DNA of 64,000 bases, from assembly GCA_045628545.1 (NCBI GenBank), contig JAZQPI010000018.1, positions 3,643-67,642 of the forward strand. Reading direction: 5' to 3'. Below, in pieces: positions 16,960-25,910 of this stretch. The notes beneath the pieces were generated by a model that saw nothing but the letters and a program-made list of their open reading frames with translations, was not told the DNA's origin and made no database searches. Within the stretch, counting starts at the first letter, position 1. Each line of letters starts with the position of its first letter. Source of the DNA: Kiritimatiellia bacterium (GTDB lineage: Bacteria; Verrucomicrobiota; Kiritimatiellia; RFP12; UBA1067). A program made the position numbers and the translations under genes.

Positions 16960-19900
16960 ATGAAGTTGAGCATCAGAAAGTCCATTGACGCATTGAAGCC
17001 GTTTTCGCGGATCTTCGTGGAGCGTCCCCGCTTCGCGATGGTGATTGCCATCTGTCTGTCGATCGCCGGGACGATGGCGATCTTCACGCTGCCGGTCTCG
17101 CAGTATCCGCGCCTCACGCCGCCGACGATCAGCGTGTCCTACAACTATCCCGGCGCGAACGCCAGGGAGGTGATGAACACCATCGCCATGCCGATCGAAG
17201 ACGAGGTGAACGGCGTCGACGACATGCTCTACATGACCGGCTCGTGCTCGGACGACGGCAGTTACCAGCTCACCGTGAGTTTCGAGGTCGAGTCCGACCG
17301 CGACATGGACATGGTCAAGGTGCAGAACCGCGTGTCGCAGGCGGAGGCGAAGCTGCCGGCGGAGGCGAAACAGCTCGGCGGACGCATCCGCGCGCAGAGC
17401 GAGGACCAGCTCGGCTTCATCTGCTTCCGTTCGCCGAACGGCACGATGACGCGCCAGCAGATCTCCGACTACATTTACGGCAACATCCAGCCCGTCCTGC
17501 TGCGCATCCCCGGCGTCGGCGAGGCGACGGTGTACGGTCCGCGCCTGTCGATGCGCGTGTGGCTCGACCCGCAGCGGCTGGCGGCGCAGGGGATGAACTC
17601 CGAGGAGGTGATCGCCGCGGTCTCCAAGCAGAACGTGCAGGCCTCGCTCGGCAAGGTGGGCGCGAGCCCGATTCCGTCGCACGCCGCGAAGACCTACACG
17701 CTCATCTCCAAGGGCCGCCTCATGAGTCCGAAGGAGTTCGAGGACATCGTCATCCGCCGCGACGATCAGGGCGGCCTCGTGCGCCTGCGGGACGTCGCGC
17801 GGACGGAGATCGGCGAGGAGAACTACATGTTCACCGGCCAGTTCAACGGCCAGAACGCGGTGTCCGTCGCGCTCGCCCAGAAGCCGGGGGCGAACGCGAT
17901 CGCGACGATGGACGCGATCTACGCGGCGATGCACGACCTGGAGGGGACCTTTCCGGCGGACTTCGCGTGGAGCGTGCCCTACGACGCGACCGACTACGTG
18001 CGCATGTGCATCAGCGAGATCGTCGAGACGCTGCTCATCACCTTCGCGCTCGTGGTGTTCGTCTGCTACCTCTTCCTGCAGGACTGGCGGGCGACGCTGA
18101 TCCCGTGCCTGACGATTCCGGTGTCGATCTGCTCGACGTTCATCCTGATGGCGGCCCTGGGCTACTCGATCAACCTGCTGACCCTGTTCGGACTCGTGCT
18201 GTCGATCGGCGTGGTGGTTGACGACTGCATCGTCGTCGTCGAGCGCGTGCAGTACCTCATCGAGACGCGCGGCCTCAACGCGAAGGAGGCGACGATCCAG
18301 GCGATGAGCGACGTGACGTCTGCCGTCATCGCGACGACGCTCGTGCTGCTCGGGATCTTCGTGCCGGTCGGGTTCATGAGCGGCATCACGGGCCGCATCT
18401 ACCAGCAGTTCTCGGTCACGCTCTCCGCGGCGGTCTGCTTCTCGACGCTGTGCGCGCTCACGCTCGCGCCGGCGCTGACCTCGCTCCTCCTCCACGAGGC
18501 GCGGCCGTTCAGGCACGGTCCGTTCGCGTGGTTCAACTGGGCGGTGGCGCGATTCAAGGGCTTCTTCGTGGTCTGCGCGAAGTGGCTCGCGTCGCGGCTC
18601 TTCCTGACGGCGATGCTCCTTTTGCTGACGGTCCTCCTCACGGTCCACTTCTTCATGGGGACGGAGACGAGCTTCCTGCCGGACGAGGACCAGCACGTCG
18701 TGTTCGTCCAGCTGGAGATGCCCGAGGGCACGGCGCGCGACCGCACGCGCGACGTCTCGCTGCGCGCGGTGGAGACGCTGGGCAAGATCCCCGAGATCGC
18801 GAGCGTCCTCACCATCACCGGCTTCTCGCCGATGGGCGGGCGCGGCGAGAACCTCTGCTTCCTCGTCGCCGACCTCACCGACTGGTCGGAGCGCCCGCTG
18901 CCCGAACAGCACGCGCTGCGGATGGTCGGCAAGATCCAGGCGGCCCTGGCCGCGATTCCCGAGCCGAAGTGGAGCGTCTTCACGCCGCCGGCGATTCCCG
19001 GCCTCGGCCTCGCCAACGGCATCAGCTTCCACATCCTGAACAAGGTCGACACCGACCCGATGAAGGTCGACGCGGTGCTCGGGAACCTCCTGATGAAGCT
19101 GAACGCGCGTTCCGACGTGATGATGGCGATGTCCGGCTTCAACGCGCAGACGCCGAAGCTCTACTTCAACCTCGACCGCGTGAAGGCCGAGATGCTGAAG
19201 GTCCCGGTCGCGACCGTCTACACGACCCTGCAGAACTACCTCGGCTCCCGTTACGTGAACGACATCAACCTCGGCACGCAGGTGAACCGCGTGACGGTGC
19301 AGGCCGACTTCACCGGCCGCGCGACGCCCGAGGACATCTCGCGGCTCTACGTCCGGAGCGAGACGGGGGCGATGGTGCCGGTCGGCTCGCTCGGCACGCT
19401 GACGCGCGAACTCGGTCCGCGCACGGTCGCCACGCGCGACAAGTACCTCGGCGCGGCGGTGACGGTGATCCCGGCGCCGGGCGTGGCGACGGGCACGCTC
19501 ATGAACGAGATCCGCGCGATGGCCCGCGCCGAAATGCCCGAGGGCTTCGACATCTCCTGGGCGGGCATCTCCTATCAGGAGGCCCGCAACGAGGGCACTG
19601 CCGCGCCGCTCATCCTGCTCGCGGTCATCTTCGGCTACCTCTTCCTCGTCGCGCAGTACGAGAGCTGGACGATTCCGCTGCCGGTGATGCTGTCGATCTT
19701 CGTCGCCGTGCTCGGCGCGCTCGTGGGCCTGCGCTACTGGGGCCTCCTCACGACCGGGGCGCCGTTCTCGCTGTCGGTGTACGCCCAGCTCGGCCTCGTC
19801 CTCCTCGTCGGCCTCGCCTCGAAGAACGCGATCCTGATCGTCGAGTTCGCGAAGGACAAGCGCGAGATCGAGGGCTGCGGCATCGTCGAGGCCGCGGGCC

Positions 19901-20187
19901 AGGCCGCGGGCGAACGTCTCCGCGCCCTGCTGATGACCGCGCTGACGACGCTCCTCGGGACGCTCCCGATGATGATCGCGACCGGCGCGGGCGCCGCGAG
20001 CCGCAACCACCTCGGCACGACCGAGTTCTGGGGCATGTTCGCCTCGGTGGTGTTCGGCATCCTCCTGGTGCCGGGCCTTTACGCGCTCTTTCAGACCTGG
20101 CGCGAACGGGTGAAGGGCGCGTTCGCGAATCTTTCAACGAAAACGGCGTCGCATCGCGAGGCTGTGGACACAAACAAGGAAAAATAA
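16960..20187 (+). CDS. RND multidrug efflux transporter, AcrB/MexB family (1075 aa)
   Basis: 12-TM architecture with two large periplasmic loops. Characteristic N-terminal RPRFAMVIAI and conserved TM4 D/D region. Confidence 0.95.
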   Translation: MKLSIRKSIDALKPFSRIFVERPRFAMVIAICLSIAGTMAIFTLPVSQYPRLTPPTISVSYNYPGANAREVMNTIAMPIEDEVNGVDDMLYMTGSCSDDGSYQLTVSFEVESDRDMDMVKVQNRVSQAEAKLPAEAKQLGGRIRAQSEDQLGFICFRSPNGTMTRQQISDYIYGNIQPVLLRIPGVGEATVYGPRLSMRVWLDPQRLAAQGMNSEEVIAAVSKQNVQASLGKVGASPIPSHAAKTYTLISKGRLMSPKEFEDIVIRRDDQGGLVRLRDVARTEIGEENYMFTGQFNGQNAVSVALAQKPGANAIATMDAIYAAMHDLEGTFPADFAWSVPYDATDYVRMCISEIVETLLITFALVVFVCYLFLQDWRATLIPCLTIPVSICSTFILMAALGYSINLLTLFGLVLSIGVVVDDCIVVVERVQYLIETRGLNAKEATIQAMSDVTSAVIATTLVLLGIFVPVGFMSGITGRIYQQFSVTLSAAVCFSTLCALTLAPALTSLLLHEARPFRHGPFAWFNWAVARFKGFFVVCAKWLASRLFLTAMLLLLTVLLTVHFFMGTETSFLPDEDQHVVFVQLEMPEGTARDRTRDVSLRAVETLGKIPEIASVLTITGFSPMGGRGENLCFLVADLTDWSERPLPEQHALRMVGKIQAALAAIPEPKWSVFTPPAIPGLGLANGISFHILNKVDTDPMKVDAVLGNLLMKLNARSDVMMAMSGFNAQTPKLYFNLDRVKAEMLKVPVATVYTTLQNYLGSRYVNDINLGTQVNRVTVQADFTGRATPEDISRLYVRSETGAMVPVGSLGTLTRELGPRTVATRDKYLGAAVTVIPAPGVATGTLMNEIRAMARAEMPEGFDISWAGISYQEARNEGTAAPLILLAVIFGYLFLVAQYESWTIPLPVMLSIFVAVLGALVGLRYWGLLTTGAPFSLSVYAQLGLVLLVGLASKNAILIVEFAKDKREIEGCGIVEAAGQAAGERLRALLMTALTTLLGTLPMMIATGAGAASRNHLGTTEFWGMFASVVFGILLVPGLYALFQTWRERVKGAFANLSTKTASHREAVDTNKEK

Positions 20188-20188
20188 G

Positions 20189-21703
20189 ATGAAACAGTTG
20201 AAGTTCCCAGCAGTAGCGGCCTTGGCCGCCGTGGTCGGTTGCGCAAGCCTTCCGTCGGTCGGACCGGACTACGAGAGGCCGGAGTTCGACGTGCCCGAAT
20301 GCCCGCTGCCGGACGCCGGCGCGCCGACGACGAATGTCACCGCGACCGGCGAGTACAAGACCGCGCCGGCGAAGAGCGACGGCCGTGTCGTCATCTCGAA
20401 GGACCAGGTCGCCCAGTGGTGGAACCGCTTTAACGACCCCGTCCTCGTCGATCTCGTGCAGGGCGCCGTCACCAACAACGTCGGTTACCGCATCGCCATC
20501 GCGCGGCTGGAGCAGTCGAACTGGGAGCTTCTCGGAAGCTACGCGGCGTTCATGCCGAAGTTCGGCATCGGCGCGAACTGGCAGCGCAACTGGTACCGTC
20601 CCAACACCGCCAACGGCGGCGGAACCTACCGGCACTACAACGTGACGGGCGCGCTTCTGGACGGGGACTGGGAGATCGACATCTTCGGCGGCAACCGCCG
20701 CAAGGCCGAGGCCGCGCTCGCGATGGCCGAATCCGCCGGCTGGGGCGTGTCGGACGCCTGGGTCTCGCTGACGACCCAGATCGGCCGCCGGTACATCGAA
20801 CTGCGCACCGTGCAGGAGTCGCTGGACGTCGCCCGCACCAACCTCGTCCTCCAGATCGAGACCTATGACATCCTCAAGTCCCGCCTCGACTCCGGCATCG
20901 GCGACGAACTGGCGGTCAATCAGTGCGCCTACATCGTCGAACAGACGCGCGCGTCGATTCCCCAGCTGCTCGTGCGCGAGGACGAGCTGAAGAACGACCT
21001 GTGCATCCTCGCCGGCGAAATGCCCGGCTGCCTGGACGACGTGCTGAAGCCGGTCGCGGTGAAGCGGGACTGGCTGCTCGCCCCGCAGAAGGTCGAGTCG
21101 ATTCCGCTCGACCTCATCCGCGCCCGTCCCGACGTCCGCCGCGCCGAGCGCGAACTCGCCGCCGCGACGGCCGAGATCGGCGTCGCCAAGGCCCTCTGGT
21201 TCCCGAAGTTCTTCATCAGCGGCAGCGTGGGCTTCAACACCGCCAATTCGCACCGGCTCTTCACCCTCGACTCGTTCATGGCGACGCTCGGACCGTCCGT
21301 CAGCTGGCCGATCTTCCGCGGCGGCGAAATCTACGCGAGCGTGAAGGCCGCCGAGTCCAAGGTCGCCCAGGCGGCGCTCGCCTACGAGCTGGCCATCGAA
21401 AACGCCTACGCCGAAGTGCGTAACGCCTACTGCGCCTACACGCAGGAATACCACCGCTATCAGGCCCTCCGCTCGGCGACGAAAGCGGCGACGGACGCCG
21501 TGACGATCTCGAAGGACCTGTACCAGAACGGCCTCAAGGACTTCAACAACGTCCTCGACGCCCAGCGCTCCCGCCTCCAGTTCGAGGACGCGCTCGTCGC
21601 TTCCCGCGGCCAGATCACGCAGAACCTCCTCAGCCTCTACGGAGCCCTCGGCGGCGGCCTTGCGCAGGAGACGCTCGACGACGAGGACGAGGAGGCCGAG
21701 TAA
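20189..21703 (+). CDS. outer membrane efflux lipoprotein (NodT/OprM/TolC family)
   Basis: Lipoprotein signal (...GCASL) and two tandem TolC-like repeats. Start is 2 nt after the RND stop. Confidence 0.9.
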   Translation: MKQLKFPAVAALAAVVGCASLPSVGPDYERPEFDVPECPLPDAGAPTTNVTATGEYKTAPAKSDGRVVISKDQVAQWWNRFNDPVLVDLVQGAVTNNVGYRIAIARLEQSNWELLGSYAAFMPKFGIGANWQRNWYRPNTANGGGTYRHYNVTGALLDGDWEIDIFGGNRRKAEAALAMAESAGWGVSDAWVSLTTQIGRRYIELRTVQESLDVARTNLVLQIETYDILKSRLDSGIGDELAVNQCAYIVEQTRASIPQLLVREDELKNDLCILAGEMPGCLDDVLKPVAVKRDWLLAPQKVESIPLDLIRARPDVRRAERELAAATAEIGVAKALWFPKFFISGSVGFNTANSHRLFTLDSFMATLGPSVSWPIFRGGEIYASVKAAESKVAQAALAYELAIENAYAEVRNAYCAYTQEYHRYQALRSATKAATDAVTISKDLYQNGLKDFNNVLDAQRSRLQFEDALVASRGQITQNLLSLYGALGGGLAQETLDDEDEEAE

Positions 21704-21706
21704 GGG

Positions 21707-23020
21707 ATGTTCGAAGGCAGCGTATTCGGCCGGCTGGACCAGAAGCTCCAGAAGGCGGTCTCCGAGGCGGGCTATCGGCAGCCGACGCCGATTCAGGAGC
21801 GCGCCATCCCCTATCTGCTGGACGGCCGCGACCTCATCGGCTGCGCCCAGACGGGGACCGGCAAGACGGCTGCGTTCATGCTGCCGATCCTGAACCACCT
21901 CGTCAAGGTGCGCCGTCCGCGGCACATCGGCCATCCGCGCGCGCTGGTCCTCAGTCCGACGCGCGAACTCGCGGTGCAGACGGCGGAGAACATCCGCCGC
22001 TACGCGAAGTTCGCCGAGCTGCCGTTCGCCTGCCTGATCGGCGGCGTGAGCCAGTACGGACAGGTCAAGGACATCAAGCGCGGCGCCGAGGTCTACGTGG
22101 CCTGTCCCGGCCGGCTGATCGACCTGATGACCCAGGGCATCGTCTATCTCGACCAGGTCGAGATGTTCGTGCTTGACGAAGCCGACCGCATGCTGGACAT
22201 GGGCTTCATTCCCGACGTGCGGCGCATCATGTCCAAGCTGCCGAAGGCGCGGCAGTCCATGCTCTTTTCCGCGACGATGCCGCCGCCGATCATGAAGCTC
22301 GCCGGCGAACTCGTCCGCGACCCCGCGTCCGTGACGGTCAGCCCCGAGGCGCCGACGGTCGAGAAGATCAACCAGCGCGTCATGTTCGTCGCCAAATCGC
22401 AGAAGGACGCGCTCCTCCACCACCTGCTCGAACAGCATCCGGAGTGGAACAAGGTGATCGTCTTCACCAAGATGCGTCACGGCGCGGACCGCGTCTGCAA
22501 GAAGCTCTTTCGCGCCGGGGTCTCCTGCGCGGCCATCCATTCCGACAAGACGCAGGGCCAGCGGACCCGTGCGCTGGAGGGGTTCCGCCGCGGCGACGTG
22601 CGGGTGCTGGTGGCGACGGACATCGCCTCGCGCGGCATCGACGTGCCCGAGGTGTCCTGCGTGGTCAACATGGAGCTGCCGCTGGAGCCGGAGAGCTACG
22701 TGCACCGCATCGGGCGCACGGCCCGCGCCGGCGAGTCGGGCGCGGCCATCAGTTTCGTGACGCCGGAGGAGAAGCCGCTGCTGAAGGCGGTCGAAAGGTT
22801 AGTGCGCAAGACGATTCCCGTCGACCGCGAACATCCGTTCGAGTCCCAGCCCGACCTGCCGCCGCCGGCATGGCAGCGTCCGCCGAAGGGGATGCCGGGC
22901 AAGCCGAAGGGCAAGGTGCATCCCGCCAACCAGAACCGCGCGAACCGCAAGCGGCAGGGCCACACGTCCTTCCTCGGCCGCCGTCAGCCCGACTTCGGGC
23001 AGCAAGGCGGCAGACGGTGA
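21707..23020 (+). CDS. DEAD-box ATP-dependent RNA helicase with a basic C-terminal tail
   Basis: Q motif, Walker A CAQTGTGKT, DEAD, SAT, HRIGRTARAG, and an Arg/Gly-rich C-terminus. Confidence 0.9.
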   Translation: MFEGSVFGRLDQKLQKAVSEAGYRQPTPIQERAIPYLLDGRDLIGCAQTGTGKTAAFMLPILNHLVKVRRPRHIGHPRALVLSPTRELAVQTAENIRRYAKFAELPFACLIGGVSQYGQVKDIKRGAEVYVACPGRLIDLMTQGIVYLDQVEMFVLDEADRMLDMGFIPDVRRIMSKLPKARQSMLFSATMPPPIMKLAGELVRDPASVTVSPEAPTVEKINQRVMFVAKSQKDALLHHLLEQHPEWNKVIVFTKMRHGADRVCKKLFRAGVSCAAIHSDKTQGQRTRALEGFRRGDVRVLVATDIASRGIDVPEVSCVVNMELPLEPESYVHRIGRTARAGESGAAISFVTPEEKPLLKAVERLVRKTIPVDREHPFESQPDLPPPAWQRPPKGMPGKPKGKVHPANQNRANRKRQGHTSFLGRRQPDFGQQGGRR

Positions 23021-23245
23021 GCCTGTTCTCGCTTTAACGGGGCGGAACAAAACCGTTCCCGCGGCGCATGGCTGACGAATCCTCGTAATTTGCTGACGAG
23101 TGGCGAATCCGCGCCACCTGCGGCCCCTTTTCGGGATGTCGCTTGTGCCGTCGGCGATGGCGTGGAAGTGGAACTCCGGCACGTCGTGAATTTGGGGACA
23201 TCCAGTCGTCTCTGGGGTTGACAGGCGGGGACGAAATATGATAAA

Positions 23246-23261
23246 GTAATCATATGATTAC
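23246..23261. promoter_or_regulatory. perfect 16-bp palindrome GTAATCATATGATTAC (putative TetR autoregulatory operator)
   Basis: Perfect palindrome 20 bp upstream of the TetR start; GGGAGGG RBS in between. Confidence 0.5.
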
Positions 23262-23280
23262 ATTTGCGGGAGGGCATGCG

Positions 23281-23958
23281 ATGGGGGCGCGTAGGGAGCG
23301 CTCGGACGGCCGCGAGACGCGAGAGGCCATTCTGGCCGCGGCGGCGGAGGAGTTCGCCGCGAAGGGCTTTGCGCTCGGTTCGGTTCGGGCGATCTGCGCC
23401 CGGGCCGGGGTGAACTCGGCGCTCGCGAGCCGCTATTTCGGCTCGAAGGAGGGGCTTTACCGCACGGTCGCGAAACGGCTCTTCGGCGATCTCGGCGCCC
23501 CGCTCGCGGAACTTTCGAAGGGCGTCACGGACGCGGCCGAGTGGCGGAACGCCTTTCGCACCTGGGTGGACGACTTCCTCTTCATGACGATTCCGACGGA
23601 GAAGGTGCAAAAGCTCTGCTCGGGACTCTTCCGCCACGAGGTAGCGTTCCCCACGAAGTTCCACGCCGAGTTCAAGCGTGATTTCGGCAAGCCCGTTTAC
23701 GATGCGCTGAGGGAGCTTCTGGCGATGGCGCTCGACGATGCGGACGCGATCGAGCTTTGGGCGTCGTCCGTCTGGGCGCAAGTCAGCGCCTACGCGCTTG
23801 CGGACAGGAAGTGGCATGCGTCCTTCCGGCCGAAGGGCGTGAAGCCCGCGGACTGGCGCGCGAAGGTCGGGGAGCACATTTGCACGGCGGCGTTCGCGGC
23901 GCTCACGTTCAAGGGCGACTTGCAAGAGTCGCATAACGAGACTCAAAAGGAGGACTGA
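23281..23958 (+). CDS. TetR family transcriptional regulator
   Basis: HTH TREAILAAAAEEFAAKGFALGSVRAICARAGVNSALASRYFGSKEGLY. Start chosen at the ATG after the palindrome and RBS; the track start at 23254 lies inside the palindrome. Confidence 0.75.
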   Translation: MGARRERSDGRETREAILAAAAEEFAAKGFALGSVRAICARAGVNSALASRYFGSKEGLYRTVAKRLFGDLGAPLAELSKGVTDAAEWRNAFRTWVDDFLFMTIPTEKVQKLCSGLFRHEVAFPTKFHAEFKRDFGKPVYDALRELLAMALDDADAIELWASSVWAQVSAYALADRKWHASFRPKGVKPADWRAKVGEHICTAAFAALTFKGDLQESHNETQKED

Positions 23959-23960
23959 AC

Positions 23961-25910
23961 ATGGAAGCCTTGGGGATACTGATTGGCCTTTTGGCGGTTG
24001 TTGGCGTCTTTGTTCTGCCAGTGATTTCGCTTTGCCAGATCGGCGGCATAAGGGGTGATCTTCAGCGGCTGCGCGATGAGCTTGCGTGGTTGAACTGCAA
24101 GGTCAAGGCGGAGTCGTCCGCTGCGGAATCCGCTCCAGAGCCAGCACCTGCGTCCGCTCCTGAACCTGCACCTGAACCAGTTCCTGAACCCGTGTCGGCG
24201 CCAGAGCCAGTTGCGGCGCGTCCGCCAGTTGTCACTTCGGAAGGCGTCAAGTACGAGGAGACTGCATTTGAGATTTTGCTTGCGCGCATCGGCAACTGGC
24301 TTGCGGTGCGCGGCGAGTTTGCGCCGCAGGGGGTGACGCGCGAGTTCGCGTTCGTCACGCGCTGGCTGATCCGCCTTGGCGTGGCTCTGCTCGTGGGATG
24401 TGTCGTCTATTTCATGAAACTTTCGGTTGACCGCGGCTGGGTCGGTCCGGCGGCGAGGACGGTGTCAGTCGTCGTCTGGGGCGCGGTGTTCGCGGCGTTG
24501 GGCGCTTGGATGGTCCGCAAGACGCGCTACGCCCCGGTCGGACACGCCCTTGCGGGGCTCGGATTCATCGGCATGTATCTCGGTTTCGGACTGGGGCACA
24601 AGTTCTTCAATCCGCCGGTCATCGCCAGCGCGATCGTCGCCTTCGCGTCGCTGGCGACGGTGACCGTCCTCGCCGGGGTTTACGCCGTGCGATTGCCGTC
24701 CGCCATGGTTGCCGTATTGGGGCTGGTCGGCGGCTACCTGGTGCCGGTCATCGCCGGACAGGACAGCGGCAATCCGACCGGACTATACCTGTATCTTCTC
24801 GCGATCAATCTGGCGACGGCGTACGTGGCGCATCTGCGGCGCTGGAGCGCGCTTAACTTCCTGGCCGCGACGCTGGGATTCGCGCTCTGCGTGGCCTGGC
24901 AGAGCGGCCACGAATCAGCGCCGAAGGGCATCTACTTCCTTTCGTTCGGTTTCCTCTCGGCGGTCCATGCGCTCTATCTCGCGGCGACCGTGGCGGGTTC
25001 GCACAGCCGCGGCAAGGCGGGCAATGCCATCGCCTGGACCGGGCTTGCGCTCAACGCGACAGGTTATCTCACCTGGCTGCTCGTCGTCTTCCGTCCGATT
25101 GTCCACGATCACGCCGCAGGATTCATCTTCCTTGCGACGGTTGCGGCGTATGCGGTTCTGGCGCATTTTTCGATCCGACGCGGCTGGGCGGACCGCCTGA
25201 CGGTCGAGATGATGCTCGTCTTCGCATTCGCCTACCTGGCGTTTGCGCCGCTGATGATTGTCGCGAAGCCTTATCTCGTGACGGCGTGGTGTCTGATCGC
25301 CGCGGCGACGGGCGAGGCGGGTCGCCGTTCCCGACAGTCCGTGCTCGGCTATCTGGCGCTCCTGCTGGTGGGTCTGGCGTCCATCCTCTCGGTCTCGGTC
25401 TGGATGGAGGGGGCCTACTCGATGCGGACAATCTCGGCGGGCGGGAACTATCCGACGGATCTGCTGGCGCGCGTCGTCCGATTTGGCTGTGTGCCGGCGA
25501 CGCTTGCCGCGGCTGCGTGCCGCGGGTGGGTCCGTGGCGCGAACACCAAGGTCCGGGCCGCGCTCTGGGTGTTTGCGGCGGCCTTGGCCTTCGTCTTCCT
25601 GACGGCAGAGGCGCGGCTTTTCGGCGGGGTCTACCTGCCCGGGCTGAAGGGCGGCGCGGTGACCTTGGTCTGGGGACTCGTGGCGATCGGCGCATTGATC
25701 GGTGGTGTCGTCGGACGGCAGAAACCCGTGCGCACCGTTTCGCTCGTCCTGCTGGCGGTCGCTGTGGCGAAGCTGCTCTTTTTTGATACGGCCCGCATCG
25801 AAACGCCCTATCGCGTGCTGACGTTCGGGCTGACTGGTGTCGCGCTCATCTGCGGCGCGTTGGTCTATCTCAAGTTCAAGGAGAGGTTCGAAGACAATGA
25901 AGCGGCGTAA
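23961..25910 (+). CDS. polytopic membrane protein with a Pro/Glu/Ala-rich linker (DUF2339-like)
   Basis: N-terminal TM, PEPAPASAPEPAPEPVPEPVSAPEPV linker, then ~16 predicted TM helices. This architecture is typical of DUF2339. Confidence 0.55.
   Translation: MEALGILIGLLAVVGVFVLPVISLCQIGGIRGDLQRLRDELAWLNCKVKAESSAAESAPEPAPASAPEPAPEPVPEPVSAPEPVAARPPVVTSEGVKYEETAFEILLARIGNWLAVRGEFAPQGVTREFAFVTRWLIRLGVALLVGCVVYFMKLSVDRGWVGPAARTVSVVVWGAVFAALGAWMVRKTRYAPVGHALAGLGFIGMYLGFGLGHKFFNPPVIASAIVAFASLATVTVLAGVYAVRLPSAMVAVLGLVGGYLVPVIAGQDSGNPTGLYLYLLAINLATAYVAHLRRWSALNFLAATLGFALCVAWQSGHESAPKGIYFLSFGFLSAVHALYLAATVAGSHSRGKAGNAIAWTGLALNATGYLTWLLVVFRPIVHDHAAGFIFLATVAAYAVLAHFSIRRGWADRLTVEMMLVFAFAYLAFAPLMIVAKPYLVTAWCLIAAATGEAGRRSRQSVLGYLALLLVGLASILSVSVWMEGAYSMRTISAGGNYPTDLLARVVRFGCVPATLAAAACRGWVRGANTKVRAALWVFAAALAFVFLTAEARLFGGVYLPGLKGGAVTLVWGLVAIGALIGGVVGRQKPVRTVSLVLLAVAVAKLLFFDTARIETPYRVLTFGLTGVALICGALVYLKFKERFEDNEAA

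Noticed and set aside
15337-20010. 1557-aa minus-strand ORF, the longest ORF in the track
   Set aside because: Antisense to the RND transporter and membrane fusion genes. Extreme Arg/Ala/Asp/His composition with no motifs, typical of high-GC antisense frames. The plus-strand genes have clear homology.
19748-22705. 985-aa minus-strand ORF
   Set aside because: Antisense to the outer membrane factor and DEAD-box helicase genes; low-complexity Arg/Gly/Ala-rich translation.
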